From assembly GCF_009914755.1 (NCBI RefSeq), contig NC_060947.1: a stretch of DNA of 64,000 nucleotides. One strand, 5' to 3'. This document shows, in pieces, positions 29,031 through 42,906 of this stretch (its first letter is position 1; each line of letters opens with the position of its first letter). The position numbers were made by a program, and so were the translations under genes. Below the pieces are notes generated by a model. That model was not told the origin of the DNA. It saw nothing but the letters and a program-made list of their open reading frames with translations, and did no database searches. Source of the stretch: the human T2T-CHM13v2.0 reference genome, Homo sapiens.

Positions 29031-30044
29031 TTACACCACGATTTTCTATACTGCCTGAGAACCTCAAGGTAGCTCTAAATTGAAGACCTAGTGGTTCTCT
29101 AGACTGGTGATGGTGGGACCTAGCCTAGATTTGCACTCTGCTTATGTATAATTTAGAAGACAGAGTTCAGGGGCCATTCGTTTTAGTGCCATTGTCAAAA
29201 AAAAAAAAATTCTTTGAATCACTGCCATGAAGTAATGGGTCAGAAATGTGACCACTAAGAAAAAGCCAAGAGGACAAAAGTGATATGGCTGTGGATTTTA
29301 AGGCTACTTGAACACAGTTCTTAAAAATACCAGCCTGTGATAGCCCACCACTGGGGAAAAAAAAAATACCTGTCTAGCAGTCTGGCCTTTATTAACTAAT
29401 TGCATGGCCAGCAGAAGGCCTGTGTACTTTACTACTGTTGCATATTGCATATGATTTTCTTGTTGTTTGTACGTCAGCCTTGCAGAGACTAGCTTCTGAA
29501 GAGGTTACATTGCAAGTTATACTGCCTACTTCATGTTTTAGCTTCTCTCTCTCCTCTATTGCCCACTTCCTTTCTGTTTGTGATCTTTTGCATGAAGTAA
29601 AAGTGCTTTGGAAAAATTAATGCTATCTCCTGTTAAACAAGTACACGATATGCATTGTTTCTTGTTTAGGGGAGTGCCAAGAACCACCTACCCTCTCCTG
29701 CTGCTTCCTGCGTGTGCTTTGCCTAAAGATTGGCTGCTATAAAAGTGTGGTATATTCAGCCAAGTGCTATCTTTTTAATTAGTTTGCAGAAAGTGTTGTG
29801 ACAAACTATTTTTGTGTTGACTTGTGACGAGTAATAGACCCCTAAACTACGGGCGTTAAGTGCCAGACAATATGGAAGTGCATAATGTAGTTTGAGTTCT
29901 AGTCCCCTTAGTTTGATCCATCATCCTTCCCCAAAGAAAAAGCCCCTAATTTTTAAAAATGTGACAGGTAAAATAGATTACGAATATACCAGTATGTGTC
30001 TGGAGCCTGAAATTGGCCTATTTCTTATAATTACTAATCTTAAA

Positions 30045-30349
<305 letters not shown>

Positions 30350-30701
30350 TGATTACCAATGTTAATGAGCTAATATTTCCATATTGGTTCTGTTCATACA
30401 ACTGTGTACAACACAGCATGAAACTAGAAAGTGAAGGATATCTTAAGCTCTCATAATGATAGAGACATAACTGGGAAAGCTGATAATTAAGCAGACTAAG
30501 AATCTTAGTAAATTTTTGTTTTTCAAATACTTCTTATCAATTTTTACAAATTCATATTTTCTCTAAATATAGTCCTGGTTGTTGATGTTCTTTTGTTTTT
30601 CACTCCATCTAACCCAAAGGGCTTCGTGTTACGGATAAATATGTAAGGAAGGATATAGCATTCCCATGTCCCAAAAACTGTGTTGTTCTTTTTATTTAGA
30701 C

Positions 30702-30910
30702 CAGTGATTTTCAGTGGGGGCTAATTTTACCTCCCAGGGAACATTTGGTAATGTCTGGAGACATTTTTGGTTCTCACAACTGGGGGAGGGTGCTACACTG
30801 GCATCTAGTGAATAGAGGCCTGGGTTGCTGTTCTCTATCCTACAATCATAGGACATTCTCTCCAGCACAAAGAATTATTCAGTCTAAAATGTCAAGGTTA
30901 AGAAACTCTG
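30702..30910. mobile_element. MER20 (hAT-Charlie)
   Basis: CAGTG...ACATTTGGTAATGTCTGGAGACATTTTTGGTT...AGAAACTCTG; 8-bp TSD (A/C)TTTAGAC. Confidence 0.88.
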
Positions 30911-30927
30911 CTTTAGACCCTATAACA

Positions 30928-30975
30928 TTTTGTATATTTAGTGTGAAAAACTTTTTGTATATTTAGTGTGAAAAA
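30928..30975. repeat. Tandem duplication, 25-bp period
   Basis: TTTTGTATATTTAGTGTGAAAAA x2. Confidence 0.95.
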
Positions 30976-31321
30976 TTTCTGTGGCTCCTCAGCTGTTCTT
31001 TACTTTCCATTCTCTCCTTTCCTCTCTATTCAGACAGGGTCAGCTAATCCCTGTCTTCATGGAAGCATGGTTTGTTTCATTGATTCCCGCCAATTTTATT
31101 TGCATTTTCTTCTTTTCTGCTACTGGAAATCTGGTGGACTGCACTGTTGTGAACTTTTTAGTTGTCAACTATACCTTTTATCACTTACCTCATTTCTGAC
31201 ATCTAAGGAAAATATTCATTTTCATCGTAGTGAGTTTAAAAGGCTCTTTTTCCATCTGTGGATTCTTTGATACTTCAACAACTTTTGATGCTGGTGACTT
31301 TTAACTCATCATCTATATGAA

Positions 31322-31621
31322 TTTTATTTATTTATATATCATTTTGAGACAGGGTCTCCCTCTACTGCCCAGGCTAGAGTGCAGTGGCGCAATCATGGCT
31401 CACTGCAGCCTCGACCTCCCTGGCTCAAGCCATCCTCCCACCTCAGCCTCCTGAGTAGCTGGGACTACAGGCACATGCCATCATGCTCAGCTAATTTTTG
31501 TATTTTTCATAGAGATGTGGTTTCGCCATGTTGCCCAGGCTGGTCTTGAACCCCTGGGTTCAAGCGATCCACCCGTCTCAGCCTCCCAAAGTGATTACAG
31601 GCCTGAGCCATGCATCTGGCC
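31322..31621 (-). mobile_element. AluJ
   Basis: Full dimer; TSD TGAATTTTA. Confidence 0.92.
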
Positions 31622-31995
31622 TGAATTTTAGATTCTATGGTACAGTCTTCTCTGACAACTTCTGCCTCTTGATTTGCTGACTGCTAAAGTGCCAGCTTTG
31701 TTTGCCTTCCATCTCAAAACTTCTCACTGTTATCTGTTCTTCTCCACATACAATTGCAGGCAATCATATGCCTCTTCAAATACCACCTGGATGCAGATGC
31801 AGATGCAGATGATGCCAAACTTTTCTATCTACTTTGACATCTAAGTTTGATACTTTGTCATCATTTGCTGAGAGGCATCTCCTGACTGTGTTGCAGTTCT
31901 ACTAAAAACTGCATAACACCTCAAATACTTCATAGTGGTGTTTTTAATATTTTTCCTTTTTACAGGAAAAATAAAAATTAACTTGATGCTCTCAA

Positions 31996-32040
31996 CACAC
32001 ATACATACACATACACAGACACACATGGACACACACACAC
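31996..32040. repeat. Imperfect (CA)n microsatellite
   Basis: Direct reading. Confidence 0.85.
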
Positions 32041-32816
32041 TGTTTATCAGGTTTACCTTTTCAAGCTAAGGTTTACTTGCTTCACTTATCACCAGACTGT
32101 ATTATTCTGTTGTTAGTCACTGACTGACCTTTATGATTTCTGGTCCAGTTGAATGAAGGTTAACTTCCCTATTTGACCAGTGAAAGTCAGTGACTCCTTC
32201 TCATTCAACTCATCAGGTCCCACTGTATTTTTACATTTAGGGCTACTATTAGGCACCTAATTGTATCTTCTTCCTTTTTTAATTTGCTCCCCTTTTAAAA
32301 GTTGAAGCCGTTAGGTGTATTGTCTCATATGCCTGAAATAACCTCTTCTTTTTTCTGTTCTCAGTGAATCCTAAGTACTTTCTTTCTAGTTCTTTATATA
32401 ACTCTTAAACCCTTTATTGCCTACTTGAAGGTGACATGATCATTTCATTCCCCTTCAATTTCCCATAGAGAGCCAGTTCATTTCTGCAGCATGCATGGCC
32501 ATATTAACAATTGTCCTTATTATAAATGTATGTTATAGTGTTCATTCCAGACACATCAAATCTTTGTTATGTATGGGGCATCATGCTGAGGGTATAAACA
32601 TAAGTATATACAGGTCTTACTCTTGAGGAGCTCATGGCCTAATGAGAAAAGGACAGATACATATAAAGTAGTAAATTCTATAATAAATAGGTATGAGGAG
32701 AACGCTCTTGGGAATGCCGCATACTGTGCTTGGTAGGGAGAGGAAAGACTTCACAGAGGTAACATTTGATTTGGGTCTTAGGGATGAAGAACAGCTTTGT
32801 AAGATTAAAAGGCAAG

Positions 32817-32938
32817 TTTTTTTTTTTAAGACTAGTCGAGTGCAGTAGTGAGAAGTGGGGAAAGAGTAGAACAAGGAGTTAGATCTGTAACTGACTGTGA
32901 ACAATCATTCGAGATAACTTACTACCTTCAGACCAGCC
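32817..32938 (-). pseudogene. Y1 RNA (RNY1) retropseudogene, full length
   Basis: Reverse complement reads GGCTGGTCTGAAGGTAGTAAGTTATCTC...GTTCACAGTCAGTTACAGATC...CACTACTGCACTCGACTAGTCTT followed by A11. Target-site duplication AAGGCAAG at 32809-32816 and 32939-32946. Confidence 0.95.
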
Positions 32939-33970
32939 AAGGCAAGCCATTCTTAATAGTGGGATTATCATGTATGCAAGTTTAGAGTTATGTAAAGGCA
33001 CATATTTGTTTTAAGTGTCATTGATTTTAAAATATTAAGATCTTAGAGAGAAGGTTGTGACTGAACTTGTTTTATGACTGAACGTAGGTGATCATAGGAA
33101 ATATTTTTCACCAACTCAGAAGTGGGATAGAGAGAGGGAACTAACGTTTAGTGAGCACCTACAGTATTTCAGGTGTTGTTCTAGGAGCTTTACATCACCA
33201 TCTTAATTTTTTATTATAAACACGTAGGCATAGTTATTTCCCACATTTAACAAATATGGGAAACGAGTCTCAGAGAGGTTAATTGATTCTGATTCCAAAA
33301 TACATGATATTTTATGATAGCATTCTGTCTTCTTCTTACAAGTAACAGGCTATATTTAAAATCTAGAAATGAGCTGTAATTTTCTATTTTTTACATAAAT
33401 ATGTTTTATTTTTCTCCTATCGCAGATCCTATTAGGAGTCTAATAAATGTATTTTAACACATTTCCTTTTTGTTGGATTACATTAGTTGAGAAATAATAG
33501 AGCTTGAGAAATTGGCTGGGAATTGTCCACAAACATCTAATTTGTAGCTGTATCTGGTTAGTTTTATTACTGATGATTTGGGCAAGCTCCTCAGTTGGTA
33601 ATATTCTACCTCTGAAATTCTTCATGTTCAATAGTTAATCTAATTTAATAAATGTTTTGGAGAAGCTCACCTCAGTGCTGCGGTAAGCATTATCAGGGTT
33701 AAAGTAAAGAACTCCTACCCACTAGAAACATAGAGTTGGAGAATCTGATGTATACAAACCTGTGGTGCTGGGTGGAATGTGATAAGTGCTACTGTAGAAG
33801 GAAAAAGTGCTATGGGAGCACAAATCGTGTTAATTCCAAATGAAGTATTAGGGATGACTTCATGGAAAGATAGGCAATAGAAGAGAGTCTTAAAGTGCAG
33901 AGATTTTTTTTAAAACAGTTATTGTGATAGAATGGAGAAAGGGCATTGTCTGTAGTGAGAAAAATATGCA

Positions 33971-34354
33971 TATCTCAGTCAGCACAGGCTGCTATAGCAA
34001 ATTCCCATAGACTAGGTGGCATATGAACAACAGAAATTTATTACACACAGTTGTGGAGACTGGAAGTCCAAGATCAGGGTACCAGCTTGATAGAGTTCTG
34101 GTAAGGGCCCTCTTCCGAGTTGCAAACTGCTGACTTCTTGTGGTATCCTCACATGGTGGAGAATGGAGAGCGAAAGCAAACTCTCTTGTGAGTTTTACAG
34201 AGTCACTAATCCCATTCATGAAGGTTCTACCTTCATGACCTCATCTAATCCTTATTACCTCCCAGAGACCTCACCTCCTACTACCATCACATGGGGTGGG
34301 GGTTCAGTTTCACGGTATACATTTTAGGGGGAAACGGACATTCAGTCCATGACA
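33971..34354 (-). mobile_element. MLT1A-type (MaLR) solo LTR
   Basis: GGCTGCTATAGCAAA...AACAACAGAAATTTATT...GGAAGTCCAAGATCAGGGT...CATTCAGTCCATGACA; TSD A(T/C)GCA. Confidence 0.88.
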
Positions 34355-35244
34355 ACGCATAACTGCAAGAGAGCTAGGAAGTTAGGGCATGTTTGAGGAA
34401 AAATATGAGTTAGTCTAGTAAAGCCCAGATGTATGTATGAGAGTGGTGGAGGTCAGTCTGGATGGAGAGACTGCAGCTTGATTACATAAGCATTCAGTGC
34501 TCACCATAAACAATTTGGAATTCATTCTATAACCCATGTAGAGTATTTGAGCAGGAGATTGATGTGATCAGAGCTTACAATCATATCTTACTTTAGACAT
34601 TTTACAGTTGGAAATATGAAGTCTAAAATCTTATGTCCAAACTTTCTGGTAATTGGCCTGTTTGTAGTATAAATATAAAGATATTTATTAATTCTGATAC
34701 CTTTTGGCATGCTTTAATTTGACAGCTTTGAACTTGCAAAATTAAACATGTACTGTAAATAGTGTGTACTTTGATAACTTACTGTTTTACAGCAACTTAA
34801 TTGGCCCTTGCTCCCAGCCTACTATTCTGTAGATCTGTGCCTCTAAGTCTAAAGATCTTGTTGTTGTTTTTTTCCTCCACAAATAGATCCTACTCTAAAG
34901 GTCAGGTAGCTTAGATTACAAGGCTGCTGCTGTCAAACTGAATGTGTTGTGTCTAGGCTGAATTACAGTCTTATAGTCCCTGGAATATTCCAAGAGAAGC
35001 TGCAAGATTTATGACATACAAAACTAGGTAAAGTTATCCTCACTAGATAAAGTTGTCCTCAATCAAGTGTTATCATGAATTTTTTTTCCGTTTGCATATA
35101 TCAATCCCCTATGACAAAATGAGAAGAGATACATTGCTTACAACTGTGGCAAAGTAGTCTTAGGGCTATGATTTGAACTCAAGTCCCCTACTTAAGATAA
35201 TTCACTTAAATAAGTGGAATTTTTATTAAGAGACTCCCTCCCTC

Positions 35245-35412
35245 CTTTTCTTTTCTTTTCTGTTTTGAGACAGGGTCTTGCTCTGTCATCAGGCTGGAAT
35301 GCAATGTTGTGATCATGGCTTACTGCTGCCTCGGACTGTTGGGCTCAAGGGATCCCCCCACCTTAGCCTCCTGAGCAGCTAGGACTACAGGCATGTGTCA
35401 CCATGCCTGGCT
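35245..35412 (-). mobile_element. Alu right monomer (J/FRAM type)
   Basis: TTTGAGACAGGGTCTTGCTCTG...CCATGCCTGGCT. Confidence 0.85.
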
Positions 35413-36197
35413 TTTTTTATGCAGTGGGTTGTAGCTATAGAAAGAGGACATTATTTCACAAGGTATAGGCTGGGAAAATGTTCAGGTTCCTTGTGGGGTT
35501 ACAAAATTATTTTAAAAAGATATAGGTCTTTAGGACATGAATCATCTTTTGGTAGACTACTTTCTCATGAGGGATTTGTGATCCTGGCAAAATCCCTTTT
35601 GAGCCTTTGAAACATGAAGAGCATTAACTACAAATGAAGAAGACAGGAACTTCCTGAGTTATAAATACCTGGCCATATGAAAGGCCCTTGGGCAGGGGCT
35701 CCCCTGGTATGTTGAGTCAAAATATTGCCTGGCCTTTTTCTCCCCCTTGCTACTGATGTTGCCTTGGGAATTTGAGACCCAGTCACATCAGAGTACTCTT
35801 TGTTTATTTCTTTCTCAGTGACCTTCATAAATGTGATAGTGCTGGGAACAATCTTCTGAAGCATCTCTCTTACTTGCCCTACCATATGATTTTTTTGCCA
35901 AAAAGGTTGGGGCTGATAGGAGCTTTTACTCTGCTACTGGTCTCTCCTCCATTTTTGCTTAGTAGTGTGGAGCACATTTTCCCATGAACATTATTCCTGT
36001 ATTTGATATGTATTGTAGTATAGTTCAGTTTCCTAATATGTTTAGTGCTTAAAGATATAGGTCATGAGATACAGGTACTTGTTATCAAGGAATTTACAAT
36101 ATTATAAGGAAAACAGCTGTATATAACCTCAGTATTCGGTAAGTTCCATATGAATGATTCAGATTTAGGAACAGGAAAGATTAATAATTTGGATTAA

Positions 36198-36587
<390 letters not shown>

Positions 36588-36594
36588 AAAACCG

Positions 36595-36693
36595 AGTTTT
36601 GAGGCTGCAGTGAGCTATGATCGTGCCACTGCATTCCAGCCTGGGCTACATAGTGAGACCTCAACTCTAAAAAATAAAAATTAAAAGAAAAAA
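36595..36693 (+). mobile_element. 3' fragment of an AluJ abutting the previous Alu head-to-head
   Basis: TGAGGCTGCAGTGAGCTATGATCGTGCCACTGCA...A-rich tail. Confidence 0.85.
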
Positions 36694-37064
36694 GAAGTTT
36701 GTGGCATAGGTATTTCTTGTTTTAAGAAAATATATCAGCAGGAAATTTGAATTAAGGAAGCAGACAATTAATGGGCAATGATTGCTTTTACAAGAGTTAA
36801 TACAGGGTTACCGCAGCCAACTCCTTTCTTCTTTTAAAATGTTTTATATGCCAAAAATAAATACTACTTTTAAAATAATTTTTTAAATAAACAAAATGTT
36901 TATGATTTTTTTAGAAGACCACCTTATATTTTAATGCTAATTATAACCATCTCCACACTATTGATCTGAAATGTGCAGTACATTGAAAAACGTAAAAGTA
37001 TTTTCAATGCATTAGAAACATAGTTTCCATTTTCCCAAGCTTCTCATTCCCCTTAATCCTGTAG

Positions 37065-37253
37065 ATTCCCTTTCTCACAGATTAAAGTAGCATTAGAATC
37101 ACTTGCCTCAAGGCCACTGGGAAAGCTTGCAAAAAATATAGATACAGGAGTCCCAATGGACCTATTGAAACAGAATCCTTTGAGTGCAGGCCCTGGGAAT
37201 CTGCATTAATAAGCTGCCTGCATGATTTTGTACTCTAAAGTTGGAGAACCACT
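37065..37253. mobile_element. MER5-type hAT MITE
   Basis: CATTAGAATCAC...GGGAATCTGCATT...AAGTTGGAGAACCACT. Confidence 0.7.
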
Positions 37254-37261
37254 AAACTTGT

Positions 37262-37669
37262 GCACAGTTTGCAAAATGGCAGCCCTGCAAGTCATACCTG
37301 GCCCATAGATTTGTTTGGTTTGGCTTTCAGTATTAGCAATGTGGTTTTTAAAATTTGATTTGTTTGCTAACTCTTAAGAATTGGGAGTTTGTACACATAA
37401 ATCTAAATTCCTGGCTTCTCTTGAAACATCAGAGTAATTTTTACAGTACTAGGCTCATGTTCTCACATGGCTGGCAGCAATCCACTGTGTCTGAATAAGA
37501 TCTGTCTTATTTGAATAGGCCATGTGCTCTTGAATTGGCCACAGACCACCCTCCTGCATTTCACCTGGGGTCCAGTGTTAATTGACATTTATTTTTCTAT
37601 AGCTGGCCTGCATCACTCAATTATATCCCCTGCTTAGAATCCATATACATTTGAGTTTTTGACTCTGGA
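37262..37669. mobile_element. MER102-like hAT-Charlie element
   Basis: CTGGCCCATAGA...CACATAAATCTAAATTCCTGGCTTCTCTTGAAA...CATTTGAGTTT. Confidence 0.6.
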
Positions 37670-38131
37670 TCTAGAGGTTAAGAACTACACAGAAACTATG
37701 GGAAAGAAGTGAGACTGGAAGCTGGGAGACCAGAGAGATTATAATAGTGGAGATAAGAAATGAACCATGGAACTACGGCAGTGGTACTAGGGATGGAGAA
37801 GAGGAGGAAGATTAGGATTTAGAAGCTACTAATTGAGTTGGGTTGGGGATCTGGATGGGAGAAGGAAGAATGAGTGTGGTGGAGTTGGGAGAGATGAAAG
37901 TAGGTGGGAAGATGAATTTGTTTCTGGATACAGTCACTTGAGGTGATCGTGGGACATCATTGCGAGGTACTGAAGTATAGCTTGCTATGGAGCAGAGACT
38001 CTACAGTGTTGGAGAGGATGACTCCTGGATGGAGCATATGACAGACTCCTGGGTGTATGTGTAGACTGAGAAAGCATATTCAGAAGCCTACCATCTTTTC
38101 CTAATGCAAGCTGAAAAAAAGTAGAGATCTA

Positions 38132-38174
38132 TATGTACCCTATAAACATGTATGAATATTACATATCAGTGAAT
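38132..38174 (+). mobile_element. Ultra-short L1MA-type 3' terminus
   Basis: ATGTACCCTATAAACATGTATGAATATTACATATCA between perfect GTAGAGATCTA repeats. Confidence 0.65.
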
Positions 38175-38336
38175 GTAGAGATCTACAAAATTGTGGCTAG
38201 CATAAATAGCATATCCTCAACTTTAACTAAAGTAGAAACACACACAGAATCTTTGGGTGGAGGTATATCCAAATCTCTGGAGGATAGGAGATTCTTATCC
38301 AAATTGTCAAAGATTATTAAAGGTTGACACATTGCA

Positions 38337-39157
<821 letters not shown>

Positions 39158-39565
39158 TTAGTTCTGCGGATGCTAGGAGCATGCTGTATTCTAAAAAGTG
39201 TTTGCAAGGCATTTTTCTTTTTTTATATCTCCAAGAAAATGTTTCTTTGGGAACATGTTATGAATGGAGGTTAGGTTCCCAGGGTAGCTCATCTTTTTCA
39301 AATCCCACTTAATCTACATTGCAGATGAGCTGTTCTATTAATAGCATGTGTCTGAGCTCTGGGAGCAGACATGTGCCATGTGGTATAGAAACATTGAAGA
39401 AAGTCTCTTCCTCTTTTCTGACCATAGGCTAAATTTGGAAACTGGTAAATTTTATCTTTGGGATGCTCCAAATCCCTTTCTGTACCTCTTTTCCATATAA
39501 TTGTACCCCTCCCCTCAGGTGACACCCATCCTCCTGTGACTCTTCCCCACCCCCCACCCAGATCA

Positions 39566-39857
<292 letters not shown>

Positions 39858-40559
39858 CCCCACCCCCTGCGACATCTTTCCCATTCCTCAGTGTACCTAC
39901 CTCTTCCCAAACTTGATTTCTGTCACATCTCTGCTGAGTGTTAGAATGAACTAAGTTATGCAATTATTTTTGAATGTACTTTATTGTGATTTAAAAAATG
40001 ATTATTAACATCCATTAATTGCTTGGTGAAATATCTGTCAAGTAGCACAATAAAGTGAATAAAGCCTGGCAGTGCAGTAGAATGTTCTGGGGAGGTAGGT
40101 AATCATATAAGCAGTCTTGCTTTGAGGTTCTCCCCTAGGGATAATTGTTTCTACTTTTCAAGTCTTGCCTTCATTCACATATAAGCCTATTTTTCAGAAG
40201 TTCTCTTTTTTCATGACTGCCTCTATGAGAGCAGCAGAGAGGCTTCCGGGGTTGAGGGTAGGCAAATAGGGCAAGAAGAGTGGCTGTATGGGATGGGACT
40301 TCCGTAAGTCTAGGACTGCCCATATGGCCTTTTGAATGAAGGGAATATTCCATAATGGCTTATTTTAAGCAGTAATTAACAAATGAAAAAAATTTCATAT
40401 TTCTTCCCATAAATGGTAACATGTAATTTGTAAGCTTAGACAATTTGATCACTGAGGTAAATGATGAATATCATTAAAAGCATTGGTTCCTAATAATTTG
40501 TAAAGTACTTCGTTTCTGTTTGTTAATTTGCTTACCAAATCTGTCTATCAGTCACTTGC

Positions 40560-41044
40560 ATTTGTTCCCAAACCTATATATGCCAGTGGTAATTGCTATT
40601 GTAACTATATTATTTAATTAAACATGCAATTTGATGAAATGTGTGAGGCAAAAGAAATCTTTCTATGAAAATTGAGAAGTCTTTTGCATAAATTGATAAA
40701 GGCGCTAAAAGGATTGCTACTGAATTAAGCATAGGTGAGGTAACTGAAAGCCTAGGAAAAAAATAACAAGTCCAAAAGGATTCATATGGCTTTGCAGGTG
40801 TCTCCAGTTTCTATCTTCTAAAGAAAATGAAACTACATATAGTAGAGAATGCATTAAGGGATGGTTTATGAAAGGAAGATGCTCTGATGTAGCTCTACAT
40901 CAAAATATTGATAAATGTGTATTTTGATGTCATAAATTAAAATGTTGAAGGTAATGTTTGCTTTTAATGATTCCTCCATTACCAACTTTAAAAAAATTAA
41001 CCACACACTGGACCTTATCATGTCTGTATAATACTTTACAGTAA
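40560..41044 (+). mobile_element. Decayed Tigger/pogo-type DNA transposon fragment
   Basis: Broken frame resembling a CENP-B-type HTH (KLDKG..KRIATELSIGEVT; KKMKLHIVENAL..WF). Boundaries approximate. Confidence 0.4.
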
Positions 41045-42013
41045 AAGCTCGTTTTCCATGCTATGAAATGACGTTCTAGTTAACATTTCCCTTCTTTGCC
41101 ATTTCTAGGTGTAGTGAAGGACCAGCATACCTTCGAATCAAAGTTTGTTGAATGATCATCGTAGTCAAACAGATTTTATTCTAATTATTTAGAATTTACT
41201 AATCACAAATTGTTGCTTTGTTATAACATTCTTTCCATGACAGATAAAGGCATTTATTGAATATGGTAATTTTATTTTGTGAACATGATAAAGTAGGGAA
41301 TGATTTCAGTATATAGTGACTGAGTCCTTGCCATTAAAGATTTTTTCAAGTACGGTACTTATCCAGGGACATACTTTCTGGAACATTTGTGGTTCCTCTT
41401 AGGTAATCTTGAGGAATTCTATATATTTGTACCTTGACATTATCTTAGTACTCCTGCTGTTTTTAGTAGGATTTTTGTTTGGGAGGTTGCTAAGTATTAT
41501 TTAGAAGTGAAATCTGATAAGGGGATTCTAAAACCTTTCTCCTACCACAATAGTTCTTTTCAAATGCAGATAAACTGTCATTCAGTGAGACTACCTAGGC
41601 TCAGCCTTCAGGGTAGGATGAATAAAGCAATATATTTGCTGGATTGACTTTTTGTCCAGGCTGTATCGAAAAAATAATGTACTTAGCCACTGACCATTTA
41701 TGTCTTTTTAATGATTGTATGTATAGTAGTCAAATGGTTAGAATTTATATGCAGAAGGATATACCATATCACATTTTCATTGTAAATTGCTGCTTTACTC
41801 TCCTGTCTGCCACATTCTTTCTGGTGATTCTATATTTGTGTTGATTGCTTTTCATGGATAATAAAGAAATTTACATTTTTCTCTTTTTACTTTGTGTGGA
41901 TTAATGCTCTAGATTTGAATGCCTAATGCTAGTCAATCTTTGGATCACATATGTAATACTCCTCCATAATAGCACCCCCCTCCACTCCCACCATATGATG
42001 AGGAGGGAAAATT

Positions 42014-42906
42014 TTTTCTAAATATTTTATTTTTATTTCAGTAGTTTTGGGGGAACGGGGGGTTTTTGGTTACATGGATAAGTTCTTTAGTGGTGATTTC
42101 TGAGATTTTGGTGCACTTGTCACCTGAGCAGTTTACACTGTACCCAATGTGTAGTCTTTTATCCCTCACCCTCCCTCCTGAAAATTCATTGCATCATTCT
42201 CATACCTTTGCATCCTCATAGCTTAGCACCCACTTATGAGTGAGAATAAATGATGTTTGGTTTTACATTGCTGAGTTACTTCACTTAGAATAATTGTCTC
42301 CAACACTCCACTCAGGTTGCTGCAAATGCCATTATTTCATTCCTTTTTATGGCTGAGTAGTATTCCATGTTGTATACATAACACATTTGCTTTATCCACT
42401 TGCTGGCTGATGGGCATTTAGGCTGGTTTCATATTTTTGCAGTTGCTAATTGTTCTGCTATAAACATGCATGTGCAAGTGTCCTTTTCATATAATGACTT
42501 CTTTTCCTTTGGGTAGTGGGATTGCTGGATTAAATGGTAGATCTACTTTTAGTTCTTTAAGGAATCTCCATACTGTTTTCCATAGTGGTTGTACTAGTTT
42601 ACATTCCCACCAGCAGTATGTGAAAGTGTTCCCTTTTCACCACATCCATGCCAACATCTATTATTTTTTGATTTTTAGATTATGGCCATTCTTGCAGGAG
42701 TAAGGTGGTATCGCATTGTGGGTTTAATTTGCACTTCCTTGATAATTAGTGATGTTGAGCATTTTTTCATGTTTGTTGGCCATTTGCATATCTTCTTTTG
42801 AGAATTGTCTATTTATGTCCTTTGCCCACTTTTTGATGGGATTATTTGTTTTTTTCTTGCTGATTTGAGTTCCTTGTAGATGCTGGATGTCCTTTGTCAG
42901 ATGCAT
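42014..42906 (-). mobile_element. L1PB-type 3' UTR and ORF2 end, 5'-truncated
   Basis: TTTGGTTACATGGATAAGTTCTTTAGTGGTGATTTCTGAG; ORF 42724-42906 gives [19 protein letters not shown] (L1 ORF2 C-terminus). Confidence 0.92.
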
